From Candidatus Binatia bacterium (lineage in GTDB: Bacteria; Desulfobacterota; Binatia; Bin18), in NCBI GenBank assembly GCA_963666315.2, contig CAXXHG010000043.1, forward strand, positions 320,001 to 384,000: a stretch of 64,000 nucleotides of DNA, given 5' to 3'. Each line of letters begins with the position of its first letter. Position 1 is the first letter of the stretch. The notes under the pieces were generated by a model. The model saw nothing but the letters and a program-made list of their open reading frames with translations. It did not search any database and had not been told where the DNA came from. A program made the translations under genes and the position numbers. This document shows, in pieces, positions 27,978 through 38,480 of this stretch.

Positions 27978-28103
27978 GTCCTAGATATAAATTAGCTAAC
28001 GGCGGGCAGTCGGAAAGATTAAAGATGGCCCGCCAGTGAGCCGTAACGTGAAGAGCCGAGAGGAATGGCGGAAGGGGAGAACTAAAGAGGACGTGATGCT
28101 TCC

Positions 28104-28607
28104 TTATTCCGGTACTTCGGGCGAATGAGCAAAATCGTCCGAGGTAAAGGCCTGGAAGGCGAAGATCCATATCGAAGCAAGACCCCAGATCAGGCCGACA
28201 ACAACCCCAGCGTCAACAATTCCTCGCCAAGGCTGGGCCAAGTATGGCAAAAAAATGACAAACAGGACTATCATTGTTGTGAGGGCGAAAATGAACATTT
28301 GGCGACGTCTCTGAACATGAAAATAGCCCATGCAAAATATAGGGGCCAAAAGAGTATGCAACAGATTTGGGTGCTCGAACAGATATTTTGCGCGTGCTAC
28401 TACCCGAGGCGAAAAGCCGCGTTGAAAGCCGGAGTAGCCCTCGGAGTAAGCCATATAGATCACATTCAGTACCAGAGCCAGCCAATGGTACCAGCTGAGC
28501 TCGTAACGCAATGCGTCAAGCGCAATAGAAGACAGTCGAACTGTTGAATAGCTCAGTAAGAGGCTCACGCCGGCAACACCCCACACCGCTCCAAGACGTC
28601 CTAACAT
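28104..28607 (-). CDS. Conserved hypothetical membrane protein
   Basis: Hydrophobic 167 aa ORF, YSEGYSGFQRGFSPRVV, QPWRGIVDAGVVVGL; RBS GGAGG upstream. Confidence 0.7.
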   Translation of the reverse strand: MLGRLGAVWGVAGVSLLLSYSTVRLSSIALDALRYELSWYHWLALVLNVIYMAYSEGYSGFQRGFSPRVVARAKYLFEHPNLLHTLLAPIFCMGYFHVQRRRQMFIFALTTMIVLFVIFLPYLAQPWRGIVDAGVVVGLIWGLASIWIFAFQAFTSDDFAHSPEVPE

Positions 28608-28787
28608 GAATCTGTGTGTGCCTCCGAATGTGTTGTGAGAGCTATTCCCAAGAATATTCCCAGCGCTACTCTATAGCCGGGTTTTCAGCAAAGGCTTGTC
28701 CATCTCTTCTTGTTGGTTCCGGCTCCAGGCCGGAGCATAATGTCCTGCCGTTTGGGAGAGGTCAAGAGGTGGCCCACTCTCTCTTAC

Positions 28788-29606
28788 TTAGCTCGCAGCG
28801 GGCTTCCGGGCGCGGACAAAGGCGCTTCCGAACTTGCCGTCTATCTGTGCAGCCGCTGTCTCAATATCGATGCCTCTGTCGAACAAATACTCACGCGCAT
28901 CTTCCATCCTGTAGATGCGCGTGGATTCAATATCGATGGAGGTAAAGCCAGCGCAAGTAAGCTTGGTGCGATACTCCTGTTCTGCCAAGACTCCGGCGAT
29001 ACAGCCGATCCACAATTCGATGTTGCGGCGAATTTTGTCTGGGACCTCGCCTCGTACGACAATGTCAGAAACCGCAAAGCGTCCGCCGGGTCGAAGCACG
29101 CGAAAGGCTTCAGCAAGGACGCGATCTTTAACTGACGATAGGTTGATGACACAGTTTGAGATAATGACATCGACCGAGTTGTTAGGAAGCGGAATCTGCT
29201 CAATCTCGCCCTTGAGAAACTCGACATTCTCGGTTCCAGCCTTGCGCTGGTTTTTGCGTGCTAAGTCCAGCATTTCGTCCGTTATATCCAGGCCATAGGC
29301 TTTTCCTGTGGGGCCGACTCGTCGGGCAGACAGCAGTACGTCTATGCCACCGCCCGAGCCGAGGTCAAGCACGATCCCACCTGGATGGAGCTGAGCGAGC
29401 GCTGTTGGATTGCCACACCCGAGCGAGGCCGCAATGGCCTCTATGGGGAGTCCGGCAACCTGGTCATCTGAGTACAGGTTTGAGGTAATGGGATCGTTGC
29501 TGACTGCGGTCGCTTCACCACAGCTGGCCCGATTGCCCTGAGCCGCCTGCAAGGCCGCCTTGGCGTACACTACCTGAATTTGCTGTTTAATATCTTGGCT
29601 GTGCAT
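28788..29606 (-). CDS. arsM: Arsenite S-adenosylmethionine methyltransferase
   Basis: SLGCGNP, LDLGSGGGID, ISNCVINL, WIGCIAG conserved Cys motifs. Confidence 0.9.
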   Translation of the reverse strand: MHSQDIKQQIQVVYAKAALQAAQGNRASCGEATAVSNDPITSNLYSDDQVAGLPIEAIAASLGCGNPTALAQLHPGGIVLDLGSGGGIDVLLSARRVGPTGKAYGLDITDEMLDLARKNQRKAGTENVEFLKGEIEQIPLPNNSVDVIISNCVINLSSVKDRVLAEAFRVLRPGGRFAVSDIVVRGEVPDKIRRNIELWIGCIAGVLAEQEYRTKLTCAGFTSIDIESTRIYRMEDAREYLFDRGIDIETAAAQIDGKFGSAFVRARKPAAS

Positions 29607-29687
29607 GGCGTTCTCCCTCTAAAGTACAGTGCTGGCTGTGCTGTTTTCAGGGGGCGAAACAGCCGGCGTCCCCGCGACCGAGGGGGC

Positions 29688-30332
29688 TTACGTGGGTGGA
29701 GTGCCGGTTGCTTCGAGCGGTGCGTTCCGCTGCCGCTCGCCTCGCAGCCATGACCGCAGGGCTTGAAAGCCGCGCTTGGCAAGGCGGAACAATTTGGGAA
29801 TAAACCAGACGGCAAACAGGAGGAAGAGGATAAGAAAAGTTACCATAGTCCACGGATGCTGGAAGCTCAACCACAGGCCGGCGATAACTGCCAGGTCTTC
29901 CCCAATACTCACAATCCAATTACTGAACGGTTCGGGGCTGGTATTCACGGCAAGACGGGCCGTTGCCTTCGTCCCGTGTGAAACCAGGGCGACGGTACCG
30001 CCGCCCAGCATGGCTGCCAGCTCCAATGCCGGAGCGGTATCCCCGACCGCGCCTGCTGCGAGTAACGCGCCTGCCGGTATGCGAATAAAGGTATGGATGC
30101 TGTCCCAGGCATTATCGACATACGGAATTTTGTCAGCAAAAAACTCTACCAGATACATGAGGCTGGCAACGCCGATAACGAACGGGTTGGCGACCGTCTC
30201 CTGGAGTTCCGGCGGAAGATCGATCATCCCGGCGTGATGTGCCAGCCCAAGGACGGCAACGGTCGCGTACAGGTTGATGCCGGAAGTCCAAGCCGTTCCC
30301 ATGGCAAGGGCCAAGGTCTCGACAGTACCCAT
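29688..30332 (-). CDS. DUF4126-family membrane protein
   Basis: SGINLYA, EFFADKIPYVDNAWD, SPEPFSN. Confidence 0.85.
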   Translation of the reverse strand: MGTVETLALAMGTAWTSGINLYATVAVLGLAHHAGMIDLPPELQETVANPFVIGVASLMYLVEFFADKIPYVDNAWDSIHTFIRIPAGALLAAGAVGDTAPALELAAMLGGGTVALVSHGTKATARLAVNTSPEPFSNWIVSIGEDLAVIAGLWLSFQHPWTMVTFLILFLLFAVWFIPKLFRLAKRGFQALRSWLRGERQRNAPLEATGTPPT

Positions 30333-30519
30333 GAAATACTCGTCCTTTCTGTCAGACCTAGTCTCTCAGACCTGGTGGAATGAGCCCACATGCCGTTGGG
30401 TGCAGTAGGACAAGGTATACCACCCTCAAGATGAAAAGAGCAATGCTGAATGGCTGAACGAGAAAAGTCGCCTGCCTGCCAGGCCAAGTCAGACTCGGAC
30501 GAGAGAGGCGGAATGCTGG

Positions 30520-31254
30520 CTAGGTTTTGTGTACTGCCGGGGATGTTGCTGATGCTGCTGCGGCAAATTGTTGCAGATGGCATTCGGAGGGATATGTTGC
30601 TTGGTCGGGAAAGACCGCAAGCTCCTCTGCGGAAAGAGGATAGCGGAGAACCGGACGGGAGCGAAAAGTGGCGGAGCGGATCTGTTCCTGTCTCATCAGA
30701 ATTTGGCTGACATAAAGTTGGGTCACTACATAGGGGTGATACTCGCGCTGTATCAGGCGAACCGGACCCATATTATAGGCCGCCAATGCGGTAGGCAGAT
30801 CAGAAAAGCGGGTCAGCATAGTCTTCAGATACAGGATGCCGCCGTACACGAGAAAAGGAAGCTGTTGAGCATCCCGCGACAACCCCACTTCTTCCAGTGC
30901 AATAGGTTTAATCTGAAAGGGTCCACGACTATCCCCTTTGCCAATCCGAAAAGGATCTGTGGGGTGACTCTCTTGTACCAGAACAGCGAGTGCTAAAGCC
31001 TCATCGACCTCAAGCTGTTTGGCGAGACAGCGTGTGTAGCCCTCCAAAGTCAGAGGGGACTGAACCGAGGCAGGGAGCTTCGGTGTGGGCATTCCCTCTA
31101 TTTCTTTCCGTTCCTCTTGGAGCATGCCTAGACTGGCAGGGTGCAACGGGGCCGTATCCTGTTGCACTGCCAGAGAAAAGAGTCCTTGTAGTGCCAGCCC
31201 TAGAACAAGGCAGCGAGAGAGAAGTGGACCGGTGGAAGAGCTGGAAGCAGCCAT
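30520..31254 (-). CDS. Lytic transglycosylase (SLT domain) protein
   Basis: VLVQES catalytic Glu, GPFQI, GILYL, ALAAYNMG. Confidence 0.8.
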   Translation of the reverse strand: MAASSSSTGPLLSRCLVLGLALQGLFSLAVQQDTAPLHPASLGMLQEERKEIEGMPTPKLPASVQSPLTLEGYTRCLAKQLEVDEALALAVLVQESHPTDPFRIGKGDSRGPFQIKPIALEEVGLSRDAQQLPFLVYGGILYLKTMLTRFSDLPTALAAYNMGPVRLIQREYHPYVVTQLYVSQILMRQEQIRSATFRSRPVLRYPLSAEELAVFPDQATYPSECHLQQFAAAASATSPAVHKT

Positions 31255-31329
31255 AATACTACGCCCCTTTAGAATAAATATACCCTTTCTCAGGCGGAGA
31301 ATGAAAGTCTTGACCTCTTACAAAGCATC

Positions 31330-31472
31330 GGGGAGAACCGTGGTTAGTAAGCCGAGCGGTTGTACGTAATCCCGCAGGCCGAGCGATTATCGCCGAAGCC
31401 GTGCTGCCTGATCCGTCTGCGATAACCTTTGCCACGCGTTCACGACGCGATGATCAGCCGTCTGGTTTTCTC
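31330..31472. ncRNA. Candidate structured RNA (multibranch), family unassigned
   Basis: Terminal pairing GAGAACC/GGTTTTCTC; internal helices TTATCGC/GCGATAA, CGCGT/ACGCG and GCGG/CCGC. Confidence 0.3.
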
Positions 31473-31533
31473 ACTAAAAGATCTACTGATCCCGTGGCTC
31501 GCAACTGAGTGGTTTGGCTGTCTGGCGGTTAGA

Positions 31534-32247
31534 CTATAACGAAAACCACATTGTCTCGGGAAGAAAACGGTCGGCAATGTTGAGGTAGGTCTGCTTATTC
31601 ATAATCCAGGCGGTAAAAGGTTGGGCGCGCGGTGTCATGAAAAAAGCAAGCAAGGTTGCTGCGGTCATCATCAGCGAGGTGCGTGCATTATTGAAATCTG
31701 CGATTTTGAATGCCGTACCAAATGAGCTTTTGAGCCGCGTATTGAGAAAATCCACGCTAAACAGTTCGTCGAGCAGCAGATGCAGGATATAGCCAAAAAG
31801 GATGAAGAAGCCGATCGACCAGGCGAATAAGGCGTTGAGCTCAAACACAAAGTGGCTGAGACTCGTGGCCAGGAAGCAGAAAAAGAGGGCGGCGACAAGT
31901 GAATGAAAGATACCGCGGTGGATGGTGAGTTGGGCAAACAGGCGACAGGCCAGATAGCGTATCGCCCCATACGACACAGCCCAGACCAGCCAGAGTTCGA
32001 TGATGGAATAATGGGCCGCCCGGTTGAAGGCAACTAAAAATGCAAACACGATGGCCAACGCAGTAAACATCAGCTTGGTCGGACTGGAGTGGTCGAGATC
32101 AACGTCCGGCAGCAGGCCGCCAATGGTGCCGACTGCGGATAATGTCACGACCTCTTGGGGATCGCTCATCCCAGCCCCCAAGCACACCGTTGCCAGCAGG
32201 CCGCTGCCAACGGCCGCGACGGCGAGATGGGTTTTAAAATTAGCCAT
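31534..32247 (-). CDS. YdjM-like inner-membrane metal-dependent hydrolase
   Basis: FKTH, LLPDVD, HRGIFHS, HLLLDE. Confidence 0.85.
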   Translation of the reverse strand: MANFKTHLAVAAVGSGLLATVCLGAGMSDPQEVVTLSAVGTIGGLLPDVDLDHSSPTKLMFTALAIVFAFLVAFNRAAHYSIIELWLVWAVSYGAIRYLACRLFAQLTIHRGIFHSLVAALFFCFLATSLSHFVFELNALFAWSIGFFILFGYILHLLLDELFSVDFLNTRLKSSFGTAFKIADFNNARTSLMMTAATLLAFFMTPRAQPFTAWIMNKQTYLNIADRFLPETMWFSL

Positions 32248-32253
32248 GCACTT

Positions 32254-33366
32254 CTACCAACCCTGTACTGCTGTTCTCCGTTCGCCTGAGGTGGACTCAT
32301 GCGTGGATAGGCGAGACTGGGGAGAAGAGACTGGAGACTTTCGGCTATGGGTCAATCGGTCGATCACACTTGTAAGAAACTCCGCATACACGGCTGCTTC
32401 AGGATAGCCTGGAGCGCGCTCCAGGCCGGACTCTTGCTTGGATATCTCAAAATTATAGACGCGCAGCAGCCAGAGCGCCTCGTACAAGACAAAGGTCTCT
32501 GACTGGACGATCTCAGTCCCACTTGGACCATAGCCGTCAACAAAGGCGCGAAATAAAGCGGGTTCGTGGCTGAGCTGTCCGCGGCCATCCTTGGCTGTCC
32601 AATACTTCATTTTCACAAAATCGAGTGGAGCTGCATCCACGACTGCATTATCCCAGTCAATGACGGCAGTGAGATGCCCATCCTGCACCAAAATATTGCC
32701 TGGGGAAAAATCGTTATGGATAAGACAAGGAGAGTAGGGAGTACTAGACGGAATCGAGATCGTTCCCAGAGCAGCAGTCAGAGAACGGCTCAGTCGGCCT
32801 TGAACATCCGCCACTTCCTTGTCCAGCGCGGCTCGAAAGCGATCAGGCCAGTGTGCCGGTATTTTTCCAAGAGCTAAAAAATCGGCATAGAATGCCTCAA
32901 ACTGTACGCTATGGATGCCGGCGAGTGCCTGCCCGGCCAAAAAATACAGCTGCGGCGTCGGCTGGTTCCAGAGTGGCTCGCCGTCGATCCACTCGTACAC
33001 AAAATAGGGATGCGGTAGACACTGCCGGGTCCAGTCAAAAGCTAATCCGTGAGGCTCGATGCCATTCCCACTTTGGCCCACACCCTGTTTCTCAGTAAGG
33101 ATGTGAGCCAGCGCGGTTGCTTTTTCCTCATCATTTTTTTCCCAATTGTCTGGATCAAGCAGCCAGCTCATGAACACTTCTTTGACGAGGTCAGGTTCAT
33201 AGCGATAGACGTGTTCCTGGGTGCGTATGCGCAGACCATATAAATGATCTCCCACCTCGATTTTAAGAATGGTATTGATATTGCCTAACAACGTTGCACA
33301 TACGCGCAGTGGCTGATCTCCACTAATCGGGGCAAATATCTGTCTCAGCTGCTGCTCAGTAATCAT
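32254..33366 (-). CDS. Aminoglycoside phosphotransferase / choline kinase family protein
   Basis: HNDFSPGNILV and IDWD kinase motifs. Confidence 0.85.
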   Translation of the reverse strand: MITEQQLRQIFAPISGDQPLRVCATLLGNINTILKIEVGDHLYGLRIRTQEHVYRYEPDLVKEVFMSWLLDPDNWEKNDEEKATALAHILTEKQGVGQSGNGIEPHGLAFDWTRQCLPHPYFVYEWIDGEPLWNQPTPQLYFLAGQALAGIHSVQFEAFYADFLALGKIPAHWPDRFRAALDKEVADVQGRLSRSLTAALGTISIPSSTPYSPCLIHNDFSPGNILVQDGHLTAVIDWDNAVVDAAPLDFVKMKYWTAKDGRGQLSHEPALFRAFVDGYGPSGTEIVQSETFVLYEALWLLRVYNFEISKQESGLERAPGYPEAAVYAEFLTSVIDRLTHSRKSPVSSPQSRLSTHESTSGERRTAVQGW

Positions 33367-33449
33367 GAGTCTCCTAACGCGAGTCTCTCAACGAATCTCT
33401 ACACGGTGCTCCAAAGACCTGCTTAATCGGGTTTGTTTATCGGACTTGT

Positions 33450-34616
33450 TTAATCAGCAACGGCGGCCAGGACGAGATCCGACAAGCGTTGGAAACGATC
33501 CATGCTGTACGATTCTTCTAAGGCCCCGGAGGTCAGACAGACAAAGGTCACATCACGCTCTGGATCGATCCAGAACAAGGTAGAACCCGCTCCGACCCCT
33601 CCAAAGGTGCCAGGCGAGGCCATGCTGCCAAGATACGTGGGACAAATTCCTGTTCCTCGCATAAAGAAGCCGAGTCCGAGAAAAGCGGGAAACTCGTCCC
33701 AGCCACGCATCTCTCTGGCATAGTTCCACAGATCATTGGGCTGCAAGCCGGTATGGTTTGTTGCCGCCAAGCGGACAATGGCAGGTGATAAAATCCGTGC
33801 ACCATCCAGCTCTCCACCCCGGCGGAGCATTTCAGCAAAGCGGAAGAGATCGCTCGCTGTTGCCACCCCACCGCCGCCAGGAATCTCGGCATCTGCCTGG
33901 AGCAGGGTATTAAAGCCTTCGATTACTTCCGGCGGAAACAGTCCTTCGCGGCGGTCGCGGACAACAATGGGGACTTTTCGCGCCGCAAGATCGGACCGTA
34001 CGCCGAGGGCCGTATCTTTCATGCCTAGGGGGGTAAAAATATCATCTGCGAGTATTTGCCGCAGTGAACGCTCTTCCCGGTCAAGACGTCGCACCACTTC
34101 ACCCAACACGGAGTACGCCGTGATCGGGCTATAACTCACTGTCTCTCCGGGTCTGGCATCAAGCCCTTGGGCGCAGATAGCAGCGACGACTGCTTCAAGG
34201 TTGCCCAGCAGCTCCTGCGGGACGGGGGGGGGGAAACCGGCCGACATGCCTGCCGTATGGGTAAGGAGCTGAGCAATGGTGACACGGTGTTTTCCCTTGC
34301 TGGCAAACTCGGGAATGATTTCGGCAACCCGTGTAGTCAGTGTCAATTCGCCCCGATCAACACACGAAAAGATAGCGGTTGCTGTAATCGGCTTGGTGAC
34401 GGAGAACAGACAAAATACATCGTCCGTTCGCATAGTCCGCCCACTGGCCCGTTCGGCAAAACCAATCGCCTCATGCAGTCCTACCTTACCGCCCCGGGCG
34501 ACAATAACGACCGCCCCGTCGTATTGCTCCCGTTCAATATCGCTCTTGATGCTGGTAACGAGATGATCGATCCGCCTTGGGTCGAACCCACATTCTGAAG
34601 GGTGAACTGTTTCCAT
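33450..34616 (-). CDS. Serine hydrolase (beta-lactamase/esterase family)
   Basis: FSVTK (SxxK), LLTHTAG, YS, IDPERD. Confidence 0.88.
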   Translation of the reverse strand: METVHPSECGFDPRRIDHLVTSIKSDIEREQYDGAVVIVARGGKVGLHEAIGFAERASGRTMRTDDVFCLFSVTKPITATAIFSCVDRGELTLTTRVAEIIPEFASKGKHRVTIAQLLTHTAGMSAGFPPPVPQELLGNLEAVVAAICAQGLDARPGETVSYSPITAYSVLGEVVRRLDREERSLRQILADDIFTPLGMKDTALGVRSDLAARKVPIVVRDRREGLFPPEVIEGFNTLLQADAEIPGGGGVATASDLFRFAEMLRRGGELDGARILSPAIVRLAATNHTGLQPNDLWNYAREMRGWDEFPAFLGLGFFMRGTGICPTYLGSMASPGTFGGVGAGSTLFWIDPERDVTFVCLTSGALEESYSMDRFQRLSDLVLAAVAD

Positions 34617-34830
34617 GCGCCTGCCCCCTTATGGGATACTGGTCAGGAGCATAGCGCTATGTATGCCAAGGAGTAAAGAGAAAGGTGGAACGGAGAAGGT
34701 GGAGAACCGCTTCTTACGATGATCCAGGCAGGCTTGTACGATAATTGCCGCCTTTGTGCAAAGATGGAGGCTCTTATACAGAGAGTCGTCACCTCTCTAT
34801 ACAGAACAGAGATGAAGACGGGGAGAGACA

Positions 34831-36765
34831 ATGGCTGACACAAAAATTGCCGCCTGTGGTTCATGGAAATCGCCCATTACCTCAGATCTCATTGTTGCTG
34901 GGACGGTGGGGTTGGGACAGGTCCGGCTGGACGGGGAAGATGTGTATTGGATTGAACAGCGTCCGACAGAAGGCGGACGGAATGTGGTGGTTCGGCGGAC
35001 GCCGGATGGCAAGATAACCGATAGAACTCCGTCGCCGTTTAATGCTCGGACACGAGTCCATGAGTACGGCGGCGGGGCGTATGTGGTACACCATGGGGTG
35101 ATCTATTTCTCCAATTTTGCGGACCAACGCGTGTACTGCCTGGTCGGGCAGGTAGAACCACAAGCACTGACGTCTGGGGCAGCGTTGCGCTATGCGGACG
35201 CTGTTGTAGATTCAAGTCGCAATCGCTTGATTTGCGTGCGCGAAGATCACCGCACTGAGGGGCAAGAAGCGCTGAATACGCTGGTGAGTATTGACCTGAC
35301 GAATGGGGAAGAGACCGTCTTGGTTGCTGGGAATGATTTCTACTCAAACCCACGCCTGAGCCCTGATGGCTCACAGCTCGCCTGGCTGACCTGGAAACAT
35401 CCGAATATGCCGTGGGATGGCACAGAGCTATGGGTTGGTAAAATCCAGGCCGATGGTGCACTAGCCGAAATTACTTATATTGCTGGTGGGGACACAGAAT
35501 CTGTCTTTCAGCCGGAATGGTCTCCTTTTGGTATTTTGTATTTTATCTCTGACCGCTCCGGCTGGTGGAATCTGTACCGGCTGCGTAACGGCAATATTGA
35601 GGCATTGTGTGAAAAAGACGCCGACTTCGGCCGCGCCCAGTGGGTGTTTGGCATGGGGACGTATGCCTTTGCGTCAGCCAGCCAGATCATCTGTACCTAC
35701 ACTGAAAACGGCACCTGGTATATGGCTAGCCTCGATCCTGGGACACTCAAATTCGACCCTATTGCACTGCCGTATACCGAATTAGGTGATGTCCACATTC
35801 AATCAGGAAACGCCTTCTTCCTGGCTGGATCGCCGACCGAACCGATTTCTATCGTCCGGCTGGATCTGGAAAAACAGCACGCGATTGTCCTGCGTCGCTC
35901 CAGTGAGCTCACTCTTGCGCCAGGCTGTCTCTCCGCACCTCAAGCGGTCGAGTTCCCGACTGAGCACGGCCGGACTGCCTACGGGCTTTTTTACCCGCCG
36001 CAGAATACTGACTTTTCGGCGCCGGCAGATGAACGCCCACCGCTGGTAGTGAAAAGTCATGGCGGGCCGACGGCGGCCGCTCAGACTGCTTGTGATCTGC
36101 GTATCCAATACTGGACGAGTCGTGGGTTTGCCGTCCTCGATGTGAACTATGGTGGCAGTAGTGGCTATGGCCGTGCCTATCGGCAACGTCTGAACGGACA
36201 GTGGGGCATTGTTGATGTTGACGACTGTGTGAACGGTGCACACTTCCTTGTCGAGTGCGGCGATGTGGATGGCACGCGTCTCGCCATCACCGGGGGCAGT
36301 GCTGGGGGATATACGACGTTATGTGCGCTGACTTTCCGTGACACTTTTCAGGCTGGGGCGAGTCATTATGGTATTAGCGATCTTGAAGCCCTGGCCCACG
36401 ATACGCACAAGTTTGAATCTCACTATGAAGAAAGCCTCGTCGGCCCATACCCGGAACGACAAGACCTGTACCGGGAGCGTTCCCCCATTCACTTTACGCA
36501 TCAGCTCTCCTGTCCATTGATTATCTTTCAAGGCTTGGGAGATAAGATTGTACCACCCAACCAGGCAGAGCTTATGGTCTCCGCGCTGCGTGCAAAAGGG
36601 CTAGCGGTCGCCTATGTGCCGTTTGAGGGTGAACAGCATGGTTTTCGCAAAGCGGAAAATATCAAACGTGCGCTCGATGGCGAGCTATATTTTTACTCTC
36701 GAATCTTTAATTTTACGCTTGCTGATGCAGTTGAACCTGTCGCGATTGAAAATCTGCCAGATTGA
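34831..36765 (+). CDS. S9-family peptidase (prolyl oligopeptidase / acylaminoacyl peptidase)
   Basis: GSWKSPI, HGGPT, GGSAGG nucleophile elbow, DKIVPP, EQHGF. Confidence 0.93.
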   Translation: MADTKIAACGSWKSPITSDLIVAGTVGLGQVRLDGEDVYWIEQRPTEGGRNVVVRRTPDGKITDRTPSPFNARTRVHEYGGGAYVVHHGVIYFSNFADQRVYCLVGQVEPQALTSGAALRYADAVVDSSRNRLICVREDHRTEGQEALNTLVSIDLTNGEETVLVAGNDFYSNPRLSPDGSQLAWLTWKHPNMPWDGTELWVGKIQADGALAEITYIAGGDTESVFQPEWSPFGILYFISDRSGWWNLYRLRNGNIEALCEKDADFGRAQWVFGMGTYAFASASQIICTYTENGTWYMASLDPGTLKFDPIALPYTELGDVHIQSGNAFFLAGSPTEPISIVRLDLEKQHAIVLRRSSELTLAPGCLSAPQAVEFPTEHGRTAYGLFYPPQNTDFSAPADERPPLVVKSHGGPTAAAQTACDLRIQYWTSRGFAVLDVNYGGSSGYGRAYRQRLNGQWGIVDVDDCVNGAHFLVECGDVDGTRLAITGGSAGGYTTLCALTFRDTFQAGASHYGISDLEALAHDTHKFESHYEESLVGPYPERQDLYRERSPIHFTHQLSCPLIIFQGLGDKIVPPNQAELMVSALRAKGLAVAYVPFEGEQHGFRKAENIKRALDGELYFYSRIFNFTLADAVEPVAIENLPD

Positions 36766-36845
36766 AAAACGGTACACTCTTTCAAACCGGCTTGCGTTGG
36801 TCTATTGGCACAGAAAGGCTTTTCACACAAGGAGGCAGCGCGATG

Positions 36846-38399
36846 TTACCTCCTCAACGGCTTTTCCAACGGCATAATCCACTCTGCGTGCCCCCACCAA
36901 GGATACGCGACCTGGGTGAGATCAACTGCTGGGTCAATAAGATACTGTGCTTCGCGTCCATTCAGCGCAGCGGTGATCCGTGCACGAATCTCAACATTGC
37001 CATAGCCGTCCAGCTGTAGTCGCTGTTCCAAGTAATGGGCCAGCTGCACAATCATATGCGGGCGAGAGAGCATGTGGATCAGTTGTATCCGCGTCAGGTA
37101 CCGGCGGGGGTTGAGTTCCCATTCGCTTCCGGTTGTAGGGTCAGTTACTACAAAAAAGCCTTCGGCCTCTTTTTGACGCAGCATCATATGCCAGGCAAAA
37201 TTATGCCCTTCCTCCGTCCAGTGGACATTGCCCGGAATCATAAAATGGCGAAAGGGCAGAAGGAGTTGAATTGCAACCCAAAGGCCGAGGAAAACGAGGG
37301 TCGCTTGCTGAAGACCGGTCAAACGTATTAAGGGGGGCGCTTGCGCCTGTGGCACTGGTGCCCGTGGCGCTGGTTTTTTCTGAAACGGCTCATCAAGATG
37401 ATACGCCATGACTCCGACGCCGAGCGCACCGATACCCGCTCGCACCCAGGAGAACTGCCAGGTAATTGCCCCGCTCAAGAGACCAAGTAGGCTGCCAAAA
37501 GTCAGACGCTGAACCCGGCGAGAGTAGCCCCTTTGGACATCGTGTAGAACCCGGCGTGGCCAGTCGGGTGCGAAGAATATGGGCGTGGCGGCAATCATCA
37601 GCCAGGCGAAAATACCAACCCCGAACATGCGCACATTCGTAAAGTGAAAAAACAGTGCCACCGCATAACAAAATACGCGCGTACGACGGTTGAGCAGAAA
37701 AAAGACTGCGGTCAGATCAAACAGCAACGATCCATACGTCATGCCCCAGACGACACTCTCGTAGTTGAAAAGTGGACCGATGACGGGGATCGCCGCCCGT
37801 TCGGCCAGCCAGGTGCGGAGCGGCTCGCCTTGCAGCCAGTCGGCATTGATCTTGGCTAAGCCGCCAAAGAAATATGGGACGCCAATTTGAAATCGCAGCA
37901 GCCACAGCGCCCAGGCGGGAACCGTGTTGCTGCGTCTGTCCGATTTACGCAAGACATCGAGTGAAAAGGTGCACTGCGCTGGTACAAAGATCATGAGAAA
38001 AGAGAGTAGGCAGACCAGGTAGAGGTGATTGATATACAGCGCCTTCTCTAACAGAAACAGATACGTCCAAAGAAGAAAGAAGAGGCTTGCACTCAGCCGA
38101 TAAAAAAGTCCGCAGGCCGCACACGCCGCGAGCAGTCCCAGAGCATAGATGTGGAGGGTCATCCACTCTACCGGCCAGGGATGAACAAAATCAAACGGCC
38201 AGTACGTGAAATAAAACTCTTTATCTGAGTAATATAGGCCGACCATATTCTTGTGGGTGAACTCGGAGGCCTCCCAGACCATGATGGCGTAGAAAACGAT
38301 TCGAAAGTAAACGAGGCTAGCGGCATCTACAGGAGTGAAGAGTGCCGTTACGATCCGTTGGTGGCGCGGTTGTTGATTGGAGCGTGAGTTACTTTGCAT
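36846..38399 (-). CDS. HTTM-domain, vitamin-K-dependent gamma-carboxylase-like protein
   Basis: YINHLYL, YFFGGLAKINADWLQG, WTEEGHNFAWHMML, LNGR...IDP..DL. Confidence 0.85.
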   Translation of the reverse strand: MQSNSRSNQQPRHQRIVTALFTPVDAASLVYFRIVFYAIMVWEASEFTHKNMVGLYYSDKEFYFTYWPFDFVHPWPVEWMTLHIYALGLLAACAACGLFYRLSASLFFLLWTYLFLLEKALYINHLYLVCLLSFLMIFVPAQCTFSLDVLRKSDRRSNTVPAWALWLLRFQIGVPYFFGGLAKINADWLQGEPLRTWLAERAAIPVIGPLFNYESVVWGMTYGSLLFDLTAVFFLLNRRTRVFCYAVALFFHFTNVRMFGVGIFAWLMIAATPIFFAPDWPRRVLHDVQRGYSRRVQRLTFGSLLGLLSGAITWQFSWVRAGIGALGVGVMAYHLDEPFQKKPAPRAPVPQAQAPPLIRLTGLQQATLVFLGLWVAIQLLLPFRHFMIPGNVHWTEEGHNFAWHMMLRQKEAEGFFVVTDPTTGSEWELNPRRYLTRIQLIHMLSRPHMIVQLAHYLEQRLQLDGYGNVEIRARITAALNGREAQYLIDPAVDLTQVAYPWWGHAEWIMPLEKPLRR

Positions 38400-38480
38400 G
38401 AGGAAGTGGATCGTCCTCCGACTGGCTCAGGACGATCGAGAGCAGAGACAGGCAGGTATCTAGGTGCGGAACGCCGTTTC

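Noticed and set aside
31285-31400. Glycine-riboswitch-like words (CTCAGG, GGAGA, CCGAAG)
   Set aside because: The order and orientation do not fit the consensus and there is no downstream plus-strand gene.
32300-32345. GAGACT(G) short repeats in the tail of the phosphotransferase gene
   Set aside because: Only three degenerate units; looks like a low-complexity heptamer tract, not an array.
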